A DNA stretch of 25,645 bases from an uncultured archaeon (GTDB lineage: Archaea; Asgardarchaeota; Heimdallarchaeia; Heimdallarchaeales; Kariarchaeaceae), in the NCBI GenBank assembly GCA_964645535.1, contig CAZYCQ010000048.1, positions 1 through 25,645 on the forward strand, written 5' to 3'. Shown here in pieces: positions 8,610 through 16,499 of the stretch; the stretch's first letter is position 1; every line of letters starts with the position of its first letter. The position numbers and the translations under genes are program-made. The notes beneath the pieces are model-generated. The model made no database searches. It worked only from the letters and a program-made list of their open reading frames with translations, and was not told where the DNA came from.

Positions 8610-9986
8610 TCAATCCAAAGGAGCCAATTTGCAAGTGAAGTGCCGAAGCAATTCAGGCTCTTCAATGATTTTCATTCCTTTAATTTCTTCACCCATATTT
8701 TTTAGTCTTTTGCAGACATCAACAACATAATCGAAATGGGCCTTGGTATATACCCTTCTAGGGATAGCCAACCGAACCAATTCCATGGGAGCAGGAACAA
8801 ATTGTCCAGCCTCTTCCCTTCCAAACATTAGCGACCCGATTTCGACACCACGGATGCCGCCTTCAAGGTAAAGTGCACATGCAAGGGCTTGTGCGGGAAA
8901 TTGTTCTGGAGGAATATGGGGGAGAAGAGCCTTGGCATCGATAAAAGCCGCATGGCCTCCAGGAGGAAGAACAACAGGAATGCCCTCTTCATGAAGCCTT
9001 TCAATCAGATAGGCAACTTGCTGTACTCGATGGGCAACGGTTTGACCTTCAACAGCTTCTTGAAGTCCAGTGGCAATAGCCTCTAGATCACGACCGGCAA
9101 GTCCTCCGTAGGTGGGGAAACCCTCGAAGAGTATGAGGCGTTCCTTTAAGCGATTGGCAAGGGTCTCATCTTTCAGGGCAATAAATCCACCAATATTGAC
9201 ATAGGCATCTTTTTTAGCGGACATCCAAACGATATCCGCATTGGTACAGATTTCACGAACAATTTCCCTCAAAGTTTTGTCCTTATAATTTTCATCTCTT
9301 TGCTGAATGAAATAAGCGTTCTCTACAACCCTTGCAATATCCAATGCGAAGAGTTTGCCATGATCTCTCGCAATTTTTGCCACTTCCTTTACATTTGTCA
9401 TTGAAACAGGTTGACCTCCCCCTGCGTTATTGGTTAGGACTAAGGTGATGATGGCCACTTTTTCAGGAGTTTCTCCCAAAATTTTCTTGAGTTGGTCAAC
9501 ATCCATATCTCCTTTGAATGGAAGGTTTTTTGTTGGATCCTTCCCATCTTCATTCAGAATATCGACAGGTTTTGCCCCATTGTATAGGATATGCCCTACA
9601 GTTGTATCAAAGCTTTGGTTGGAAACCACCCAAGAACCGGGCTTATCCTTGAGCAGGTAACCGAAGAGGACATTTTCAGCGGCACGGCCTTGATGGGTCG
9701 GAATAACTTCGGGAAGCCCAGTAAATTCCTGAACAACTTCCTTGAACCGCGTAAAGCTTCTTGCATTCGCATAACTCTCATCGCCAACCATCATTGAGGC
9801 CCATTGAGTATGAGACATCGCTCCAGTTCCTGAATCTGTGAGAAAATCCAGATAGATCTCGTCTGCCTTTAGATTGAAAAGATTATATGAAGCCCTCTGA
9901 AGTGCCTTCTCCCTTTCATTTCGAGAAATTAGGGATATTGGCTCAACCATCTTGATTTTATATGGAGGGGGAGAATAATCGACCAT
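8610..9986 (-). CDS. tnaA: Tryptophanase (tryptophan indole-lyase)
   Basis: D.LTDSGT, PTHQGR.AE, FDTT, PLP-lysine motif MSAKKD, EGFPTYGGL and RLAIPRR.Y. The terminal LRHFT and SAKK are TnaA-type, whereas tyrosine phenol-lyase has LRFF and SGKK. Confidence 0.92.
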   Translation of the reverse strand: MVDYSPPPYKIKMVEPISLISRNEREKALQRASYNLFNLKADEIYLDFLTDSGTGAMSHTQWASMMVGDESYANARSFTRFKEVVQEFTGLPEVIPTHQGRAAENVLFGYLLKDKPGSWVVSNQSFDTTVGHILYNGAKPVDILNEDGKDPTKNLPFKGDMDVDQLKKILGETPEKVAIITLVLTNNAGGGQPVSMTNVKEVAKIARDHGKLFALDIARVVENAYFIQQRDENYKDKTLREIVREICTNADIVWMSAKKDAYVNIGGFIALKDETLANRLKERLILFEGFPTYGGLAGRDLEAIATGLQEAVEGQTVAHRVQQVAYLIERLHEEGIPVVLPPGGHAAFIDAKALLPHIPPEQFPAQALACALYLEGGIRGVEIGSLMFGREEAGQFVPAPMELVRLAIPRRVYTKAHFDYVVDVCKRLKNMGEEIKGMKIIEEPELLRHFTCKLAPLD

Positions 9987-10006
9987 GTCCTTCGATCGGA
10001 AGGACA
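9986..10006. promoter_or_regulatory. 8-bp-arm inverted repeat abutting the tnaA start codon
   Basis: TGTCCTTC-GATCG-GAAGGACA lies between a TTTATC TATA-like element (minus strand) and the ATG. Confidence 0.55.
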
Positions 10007-10170
10007 GGATAAATAGCTTTTACCTTGCCCTTAGATAAGACCCCATTTTTTCGGTTTTTTTGATATAGATCACCAGTTATGTACAATAGACCGCAGTTTC
10101 GATGTGTCCATTTATTTTTACCATATCCCTACAAAAGAGTACAAATCCATATCAATTCCAAATCCAAAAA

Positions 10171-11022
10171 ATGAATGGATTAACCTTAAGATTGGTAGAG
10201 TTCATCAGATTGATGAAACCAAAAATAATCGTTTTGTTGGCCACCACAGGAGTGGTTCCCTATATTCTTGCAGGAGCACGGGATCCCTTATTGATTGCCT
10301 TTTTTCTGTTGGTCGGTTTTCTTAGTGCTGGAGGGGCAATGGCACTGAATAGCGTGATAGACAAAGATATTGATAGATTGATGGATAGGACAAAAACAAG
10401 GGCAAGTGTCACCAATTTGTTCTCGTCCAACCAGATTTTAGTTACGGCAATTGCCTCAATGGCTTTGGCCACAATTGCAGCATTTTTTGTATTCAATCCT
10501 CTGGCAGCATTTTGGGTTGCGTTTGGAGAATTGTTCTACATATTTGGTTATTCGCTCTATTTGAAAAGAAAAAATGTTTGGAACACAATTATCGGAGGAC
10601 TGGCAAGTCCGGCTCCGGTATTGGTTGGGTTTTCCGCGGCTTTGGGAGAAGTGCCCTTATTTGGATGGATTGTCGCGGGTTTGGTCTTCATATGGACACC
10701 ATCCCATACTTGGGCTCTATCAACCTATTACATGGATGATTATGCAAGAGCAGGAGTTCCCATGCTGCCCGTTGTGTATGGCATTGATTTCACATCACGA
10801 GCTACGTTTGCCTTCATGCTTCTAACTTCCGCATATAGTGCATGGCCGATATTTTTCAATGGAGTTTCAACATTACGACTTATATTATGGGTAATAACCA
10901 ATCTTGTTTTTCTCTATAAGGGGTGGCAGTTCCTCAGATCAAAAGATAGGAAAATTGCCTATCGGTTGTTCAAGTTCCATAATTATTGGTTGGCCTCCCA
11001 ATTTCTTTTGCTGTTTCTTTGA
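10171..11022 (+). CDS. cyoE: Protoheme IX farnesyltransferase (heme o synthase, UbiA family)
   Basis: L.KP, N...DKDID.LM.RT..R, Y...LKR...N..IGG, WTP.H.W.L and DY..AG.PMLP. ATG 10171 preferred over 10102. Confidence 0.95.
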   Translation: MNGLTLRLVEFIRLMKPKIIVLLATTGVVPYILAGARDPLLIAFFLLVGFLSAGGAMALNSVIDKDIDRLMDRTKTRASVTNLFSSNQILVTAIASMALATIAAFFVFNPLAAFWVAFGELFYIFGYSLYLKRKNVWNTIIGGLASPAPVLVGFSAALGEVPLFGWIVAGLVFIWTPSHTWALSTYYMDDYARAGVPMLPVVYGIDFTSRATFAFMLLTSAYSAWPIFFNGVSTLRLILWVITNLVFLYKGWQFLRSKDRKIAYRLFKFHNYWLASQFLLLFL

Positions 11023-11379
11023 TCACTCTTCTTCCTCTTTTTCAAAGAGAACCTTGCCCACTTTAGAAAGATTTTCCCCAACTTCAGCAATTCCCTCACT
11101 AATGGATTTGGTAGTCTCTTCAAGTCCTTTGATTGTTCCTTTAAGGGTTCCCGCCATGCCTTTCATGACAGGTTTGGAAAGCTTTTCAATAGGAGTCTTG
11201 CCTTCTTCAAATCCAGCCTTTGCACCCTCGATTGTCTCATCAATAACCTTAGCTGCGGCTTTGATTGGGGCGGTAGCGATTTTTGCAACTCCCATTGTAA
11301 GGTCAGTCAGAGCTTCTGCTGTAGCCTCACCCTTCTTTTTTCGATGATCATGGGGTTCGTTTTCATTTGAGTCACTCAT
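11023..11379 (-). CDS. Hypothetical protein composed of 11-mer amphipathic helical repeats
   Basis: 118-aa ORF rich in G/A/K/E/T with gap-free 11-residue periodicity. A TATA-like TTTTAATA lies about 30 nt upstream. Confidence 0.82.
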   Translation of the reverse strand: MSDSNENEPHDHRKKKGEATAEALTDLTMGVAKIATAPIKAAAKVIDETIEGAKAGFEEGKTPIEKLSKPVMKGMAGTLKGTIKGLEETTKSISEGIAEVGENLSKVGKVLFEKEEEE

Positions 11380-11447
11380 CGAAAATAAATGTTCATGTGC
11401 TTATTAAAACCTTTTTTCAGGAGATTAGTCTGCATATATTGATCTGT

Positions 11448-12332
11448 TTATCTTGGATAAATAAGACGAACCTGAGTGAGGGAAAGCTTTCTCAATAAAG
11501 GGAGGTTAGCAATGCCCATTCCTTTATAGCCACGCATATGTCCAAGTCGGAGTTGTATGAGATTGGGGGCAAGAGAGGAGAGGTCGTCAATTGAAATGAC
11601 ACAATTACGCATTTCAAGGGTTTTCAGTGAATGTAGAGGTTTGCCCGCAAATTGCAATTTGGAGTTGACGAGTGTCAAACGCTGAAGTGAGATATCGGAA
11701 TGATCGATCGTCAAGTCCACCTTATTGAGTTTAGCAATCTTCAACTTCTTCAGACCGCACAGACTAAAGGGATGTAAGGAATGGCGATATTTCTTTCCTC
11801 CTTGAATGGAAAGAACCAGTTTTTTGAGATTTTTGAATGCGGAAATCCATTCAAGACTTGAAGGCCAACTTCTTCGTCCATAGTTGATCATCAGTCTCCA
11901 CACATCAGAACACCGAATATCCAAATCATTCATTTCAATTTCACAGCCTTGATCGACCTGTACAATGAATGTCTCAAGATTCTTGAGTTGCAAAAGCGAC
12001 CGAGGGAAAAAGGGCAATTTCAGCTTCCCAATAAAGGAAACTACTGTCCCATTTTGAAGAATATTGGACGAATCATGATGAAATTTGACCTCAAGGTATG
12101 CCAAAACATCTCCCTTCCGTAACTTCAGTGGAAAACCAAGTCTACGATTGATTGGGTTAAAATCAAAGTCATCGGAACGGAGGGATCGAAGAGGGAGAAT
12201 ATTGAACCCAAAAAGCCGGAGTTCCATCAAAAATTCAAGAAGAGGGGCTTCATCCTCAATCCTCAACAAAGTTTCCAGGTCAACGAAGACATCAATTTCT
12301 CCAGAAAGGAGAAGAAGAGAGGATTCAGCCAT
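11448..12332 (-). CDS. Leucine-rich-repeat protein (degenerate LRRs)
   Basis: Repeated LxxLxxLxL units: LKNLETFIV, FKNLKKLVLS, LKKLKIAKLN, SLQRLTLVN, LHSLKTLEMRNC, APNLIQLRLG, LPLLRKLSLT. Start ATG 12332 inferred. Confidence 0.75.
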   Translation of the reverse strand: MAESSLLLLSGEIDVFVDLETLLRIEDEAPLLEFLMELRLFGFNILPLRSLRSDDFDFNPINRRLGFPLKLRKGDVLAYLEVKFHHDSSNILQNGTVVSFIGKLKLPFFPRSLLQLKNLETFIVQVDQGCEIEMNDLDIRCSDVWRLMINYGRRSWPSSLEWISAFKNLKKLVLSIQGGKKYRHSLHPFSLCGLKKLKIAKLNKVDLTIDHSDISLQRLTLVNSKLQFAGKPLHSLKTLEMRNCVISIDDLSSLAPNLIQLRLGHMRGYKGMGIANLPLLRKLSLTQVRLIYPR

Positions 12333-12481
12333 ATCGTAATTAATGGAAAAAGGAAAAAAAAAACCTTTATTTTGGAAAAAATGAGTTCTGAAATTCAAAT
12401 TATTTATGATTTCAGCAAGAACATGTTGAATTTTGCAAACAAGAAGCTTGAAACCTAAAATTAAAAACTATATACAATCAA

Positions 12482-12997
12482 TTATTTTCTGCGAATGATA
12501 GGAATGGCAAGTATGGCAAGCAAAGCAAAGATGGCAGGTACAAAACCGAAACCAGGGCTCCCAGATTCGTTTGCATTGCCTGTGTCACCAATCTTGAGGG
12601 TTCCCTCCATTCCAGCTTCCCTATGTCCAGGAACACTGCAATAGAATTGGAGGTCAAGATCTTTATCAGGAGTCTGAATAAGCTGAGAGCTTGTTTCTCC
12701 CATGTCTGTGTCAATGTCGATGCCGTCCCAACCATCAACAGCATCAACAACAAAGTCATGGCGTGATGAGGTGTCCGAATTAACCAAAGTAATCTTGACA
12801 CATGTGTTCTTAGGTAGTGTGATGGTACTAACGTTGAAGCTGAGGTCTGAACGAGCCTCAACGGTAATTGACATAGTTGGAGATGTGCATTGGTCTGCCT
12901 CAGTCTCTGCATTAACAGTTGTTGCAAAATTTGTGGTAAAAACAACTGCAAGATAGAGGAAAACTAGACTAAATGCCAAAATCTTTGTTCTTTTCAT
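12482..12997 (-). CDS. Secreted type-1 blue-copper (cupredoxin) protein with a PGF-type C-terminal anchor
   Basis: Signal peptide, upstream His (RHDF), YCSVPGHREAGM (C-x4-H-x4-M), and C-terminal SPGF + TM helix + RRK. SD GGTGA precedes ATG 12997. Confidence 0.92.
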   Translation of the reverse strand: MKRTKILAFSLVFLYLAVVFTTNFATTVNAETEADQCTSPTMSITVEARSDLSFNVSTITLPKNTCVKITLVNSDTSSRHDFVVDAVDGWDGIDIDTDMGETSSQLIQTPDKDLDLQFYCSVPGHREAGMEGTLKIGDTGNANESGSPGFGFVPAIFALLAILAIPIIRRK

Positions 12998-13356
12998 GAT
13001 TATCACCTGACTAACTAAAGGTCAGTATGAGATAAATTTCGGTTTTCCGAATAAAAACTTAACGACAAAGACCACATAAATTTTTAATATTGCTATGGTA
13101 TTTGGGGTTTCACAGGATACAGAGATTTATTATACACCAATTGTTGATTGACATGTTTTGGATCAGGAACCATTCCTGATAGGATGTCGGATTATGTATC
13201 AAAAGAGATGAGTTCTTAAAATCCTTGCAATAAATAAAGTAATTGTTGGATACCCAAAGCCTTATTTGAAATGAAGGAGAAAATTTGTTAAGAGTAATTG
13301 GTTAACACCTCCTGTCCATATAAGAGTAAGAAACCAATTGAAGAGGAGCTTTTCAT

Positions 13357-13707
13357 TTGAAGAAAAACAGAAAAAAACAGAAAAAACACAGATCCAAAGG
13401 ATCTAACGAAGAAATAATCAGAACACGCCTTCCCCAAGAAGGAGAAATTCTAGGTCAAGTCATCCAACTTTTGGGCGGGCGACTTTTACTTACTCGATGC
13501 GTTGATGGGAAGATCAGACAGATCCATATTCCAGGAAAGCATCGGAGAAGGATGTGGACAAGATTGGGAGATGTAATCCTGACAATGCCCCAATATGGAT
13601 TGCAACCAGATACAAAGGGCAGCCTTGTCTACAGATACAGGAAAAATGAACTGAACGTTCTAAGAACCAAAAATCTGATACCGGAAGAATTTTTGACAGT
13701 ATATTGA
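13357..13707 (+). CDS. eif1a: Translation initiation factor aIF-1A/eIF-1A
   Basis: RLP.EGEI.G.V.QLLG, C.DGK.R...IPGK.RRRMW.R.GD and KG...YRY. TTG start follows the SD GAGGAG. Confidence 0.92.
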   Translation: MKKNRKKQKKHRSKGSNEEIIRTRLPQEGEILGQVIQLLGGRLLLTRCVDGKIRQIHIPGKHRRRMWTRLGDVILTMPQYGLQPDTKGSLVYRYRKNELNVLRTKNLIPEEFLTVY

Positions 13708-13823
13708 ATTCAGAACGGACAGATCCGTCAAATTAAGTCACATTGCAGAGATTGAATCAATTAAACTTTATTATTGTGGATCTGGAATGTGAGATGCAAA
13801 ATGATTCTGAAATTTTGGGAAAT

Positions 13824-14615
13824 TCATTGACAACACCTTGGATTACTCCAACAGTTGCCGATATGATCCACGAGCAACGGATCATTTGTCAAGAGACCAA
13901 CATCATGGGGATGAGTAATGCTAAGCATGAGTTGACCATCAATTACCATATAGCTGTTTCCCTCCCACATGCTGATTTTTTTCCTGAAATTGGAAAATCC
14001 TTTGATCAAATTCTCAAGATCGAGGAAATCTTCAGGAATGGCAACATCAAGGAATAGTTCAGGACTTGCTCGAGAAAGACCTTCCTTGAATGCTTGCTTT
14101 ATTGTGGAGGATTGAATCCCCAACAAAATAAATATTCGATCTTGTGCAGATGCAATCATTCTTTTTATTTGCCGATTAAGATCTCGACCCTTGTAGATAT
14201 AAGCAACCTGATCCAAAGGAGGAAATTCCGGAGACCATAAATGATCAATCAAATCATTGATTTCTTCTACAATCATCTGTTTTTTCCTGTAATCTTGAAG
14301 GACAAATTCATCCAAGAATTGTTCAATCACCAATGAATTTGTCACCAGATATTCTTTTGGTCTACCAGCAGATGCTTGAATCAGACCCAGTTCAAGAAGT
14401 GAATTCAATGCAGAATAGACCTTGGGATTAGGAACCCCCAAATCCGAACATATCTCTTTTGCGGTTCTACCGTTTGAAGAAGCAAGCAGGTAGGAAAGGA
14501 TTCGGGAGTGATTGATCGATGGAAATACGCCCAAAGCATCCAGTTTTTTGATCAATTCATTCAATTTTATTGAGTTAAGGATGAAATCATTGGTTCCTTG
14601 CAACATCCAATTCAT
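13824..14615 (-). CDS. TrmB-family transcriptional regulator with a C-terminal C-x5-CC motif
   Basis: wHTH TAKEI...LGVP..KVY..L..L.E.GLI.....RPK.Y followed by a TrmB-type effector domain. Ends in CWSNPRCCQ. Alternative start is TTG at about 14564. Confidence 0.88.
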   Translation of the reverse strand: MNWMLQGTNDFILNSIKLNELIKKLDALGVFPSINHSRILSYLLASSNGRTAKEICSDLGVPNPKVYSALNSLLELGLIQASAGRPKEYLVTNSLVIEQFLDEFVLQDYRKKQMIVEEINDLIDHLWSPEFPPLDQVAYIYKGRDLNRQIKRMIASAQDRIFILLGIQSSTIKQAFKEGLSRASPELFLDVAIPEDFLDLENLIKGFSNFRKKISMWEGNSYMVIDGQLMLSITHPHDVGLLTNDPLLVDHIGNCWSNPRCCQ

Positions 14616-14672
14616 TAATGATTAGTATTTGATAAACTATTTCTTCCGTCAAAAGGTAGAAAATGGATAAGT

Positions 14673-15374
14673 TTAGCGTTTCAATCCTGAAAACACGACA
14701 GATTCATATTCAATCAAGTTTCCGGCAGAAGTCTTATATTTTTCAACGCTTTTTACAGAATATGAAATATCATCAAATCCAGCGTCTTGAAGAAAAGAGA
14801 GGTATACCTCCTTAGATACCGCTCCACCGATGCACGCACAGAAATCCTTTTCAGAAAGCTGATCAGTTTTGCCCTTTGTTATCATATCAGCAACAACAAT
14901 GCGTCCTCCTTTTCGGAGAAGGCGATATGCCTCTTTGAAAACAGCAAATTTGTCATCGACCAAATTGATGACACAATTACTCAGAACAACATCTGCGATT
15001 GAATCCTCCAACGGTACCTTCCGAATATCACCTTTTATGAAAGACACGTTTGTATAACCAGAAGCATTTTTTTGTGCCAATTCAATCATTTCATCGAGAA
15101 AGTCAACCCCGATAACCTTGCCATGGGAATCGACTTTTTTAGCAGCAAGTATAGCATCATGACCCGGTCCGGATCCGAGGTCAACAACAACCTGACCTTT
15201 TTCAATTTTGGCCAAATCAACAAAACCGGTGACACATCCAAAGGACGGAGGGAGCATGACATCCCTTGCAGAATCACCACAACAATTAGAGGAGGTTTTT
15301 GGAGATAAATTTGCCAACATTTTCAATGCTTTATCGCCATAGCTTTTTTTGACAGGTTCAGTCAAATCTTTCAT
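14673..15374 (-). CDS. arsM: Arsenite S-adenosylmethionine methyltransferase
   Basis: SAM motif VVDLGSGPG.D, G.VIGVD, DVV.SNCVINL..DK..VF.E..R.L..GGR and CIGGA. Cysteines at the four ArsM positions (NCCG, SFGC, SNCV, CACI). Confidence 0.85.
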   Translation of the reverse strand: MKDLTEPVKKSYGDKALKMLANLSPKTSSNCCGDSARDVMLPPSFGCVTGFVDLAKIEKGQVVVDLGSGPGHDAILAAKKVDSHGKVIGVDFLDEMIELAQKNASGYTNVSFIKGDIRKVPLEDSIADVVLSNCVINLVDDKFAVFKEAYRLLRKGGRIVVADMITKGKTDQLSEKDFCACIGGAVSKEVYLSFLQDAGFDDISYSVKSVEKYKTSAGNLIEYESVVFSGLKR

Positions 15375-15435
15375 GAATTTATGAGGGTAATTGAATAGAA
15401 AAGGAATGCCTTACAAAGTTACGTAGAAAAGTTAT

Positions 15436-16425
15436 CTATACAACTGCGGATGCATCAACTACATTGAAACCGTCTGTTGTGCTCACTACCAAGTTGAAAA
15501 TTTGAGTGTTGGAATAGGTGGGATGGGCAGCAATGGCCAATGCAACCACACCTGCAACATGAGGAGTGGCCATGGAAGTTCCAGACCAGCTTTCATAGTT
15601 GTTTCCAGGCGTGGTTGACAAGACATCAACACCAGGTGCGAATACGTCCTCTCCTCTGTTGGAGAAGTAGGCGATTGTGTTGCTGCTGTCGATTGCACCA
15701 ACCTTGAGGACACCAGGATAAGCAGCAGGATAGCTGGGGGATGATGCACCATCATTACCAGTGGCGGCAACAACAACAACACCGTTGTTCAAGGCGTAAT
15801 TGACTGCGTTTTCGAGTTCAGTAGTGCCAGAAGGACCACCAAGGGACATTGAAATGACATCGGCATCATCAGCAGTCCCGGGAACACCATCAGGACCATT
15901 GGTCGCAGTGATTATCCCGTTTGCGATTGCAGAGTAGGAACCAGAACCCCTATCAGAAAGAACCTTCAAAATGTAGAGGTTGACCTGTGGAGCAACTCCA
16001 AGAACACCTACACTGTTATCCTGTGCAGCAATTGTGCCGGCCACATGCGTACCATGCCCATGTCCGTCCTTGCAAGCAGAATAGCTTGCAGGAGTGCATT
16101 CCTGTCCGGAAATCGCCCGATTGCCCTTATAAAAGCTGTATCCCCAGACAAAGAGTCCTTGAAGGTCTTCGTGATTAAAATCAAGACCAGTGTCAAGGAT
16201 GGCAACATTTACGCCAGATTCATCCACGGCCTGTTGGGCAGTGACTGCGTTCACACGTTCAATACCCCAAGGGATGGTTTGAGGCATGCTTCCACCGCCA
16301 CTTCCAGGCTTTCCCTTGAAAATCGTAGCATAGTGTTCTTCAGCAAGAGCAATTCCGGAAAGGGAAAGCACACTCATGATGAAGACACCAATTGTCAAGA
16401 TCGATAACATTTTTGATCTGTTCAT
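15436..16425 (-). CDS. Secreted S8 subtilisin-like serine protease (Tk-subtilisin/aerolysin-like)
   Basis: Signal peptide, then triad ILDTG / HGTHVAG / SGTSMATPHVAG, oxyanion ATGN and GPDG...DDADVISMSLGG. Confidence 0.96.
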   Translation of the reverse strand: MNRSKMLSILTIGVFIMSVLSLSGIALAEEHYATIFKGKPGSGGGSMPQTIPWGIERVNAVTAQQAVDESGVNVAILDTGLDFNHEDLQGLFVWGYSFYKGNRAISGQECTPASYSACKDGHGHGTHVAGTIAAQDNSVGVLGVAPQVNLYILKVLSDRGSGSYSAIANGIITATNGPDGVPGTADDADVISMSLGGPSGTTELENAVNYALNNGVVVVAATGNDGASSPSYPAAYPGVLKVGAIDSSNTIAYFSNRGEDVFAPGVDVLSTTPGNNYESWSGTSMATPHVAGVVALAIAAHPTYSNTQIFNLVVSTTDGFNVVDASAVV

Positions 16426-16443
16426 TTCGCATCGTCTCAGGTC

Positions 16444-16499
16444 GGTCGAATTTCGACCAATCTAATGAAACTATTGTTAATTAATTTATAAATTTTTCT
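16444..16499 (-). promoter_or_regulatory. Subtilase promoter: BRE/TATA (GAAAAA-TTTATAAA) plus a downstream 7-1-7 palindrome
   Basis: TTTATAAA at about 16485-16492 and GGTCGAA-T-TTCGACC at 16444-16458, close to the expected transcription start. Confidence 0.6.

Noticed and set aside
8610-9986. Tyrosine phenol-lyase
   Set aside because: SAKKD and LRHFT match tryptophanase rather than TPL.
13743-14057. 104-aa plus-strand ORF after aIF-1A
   Set aside because: Mostly antisense to the trmB gene and has no family features.
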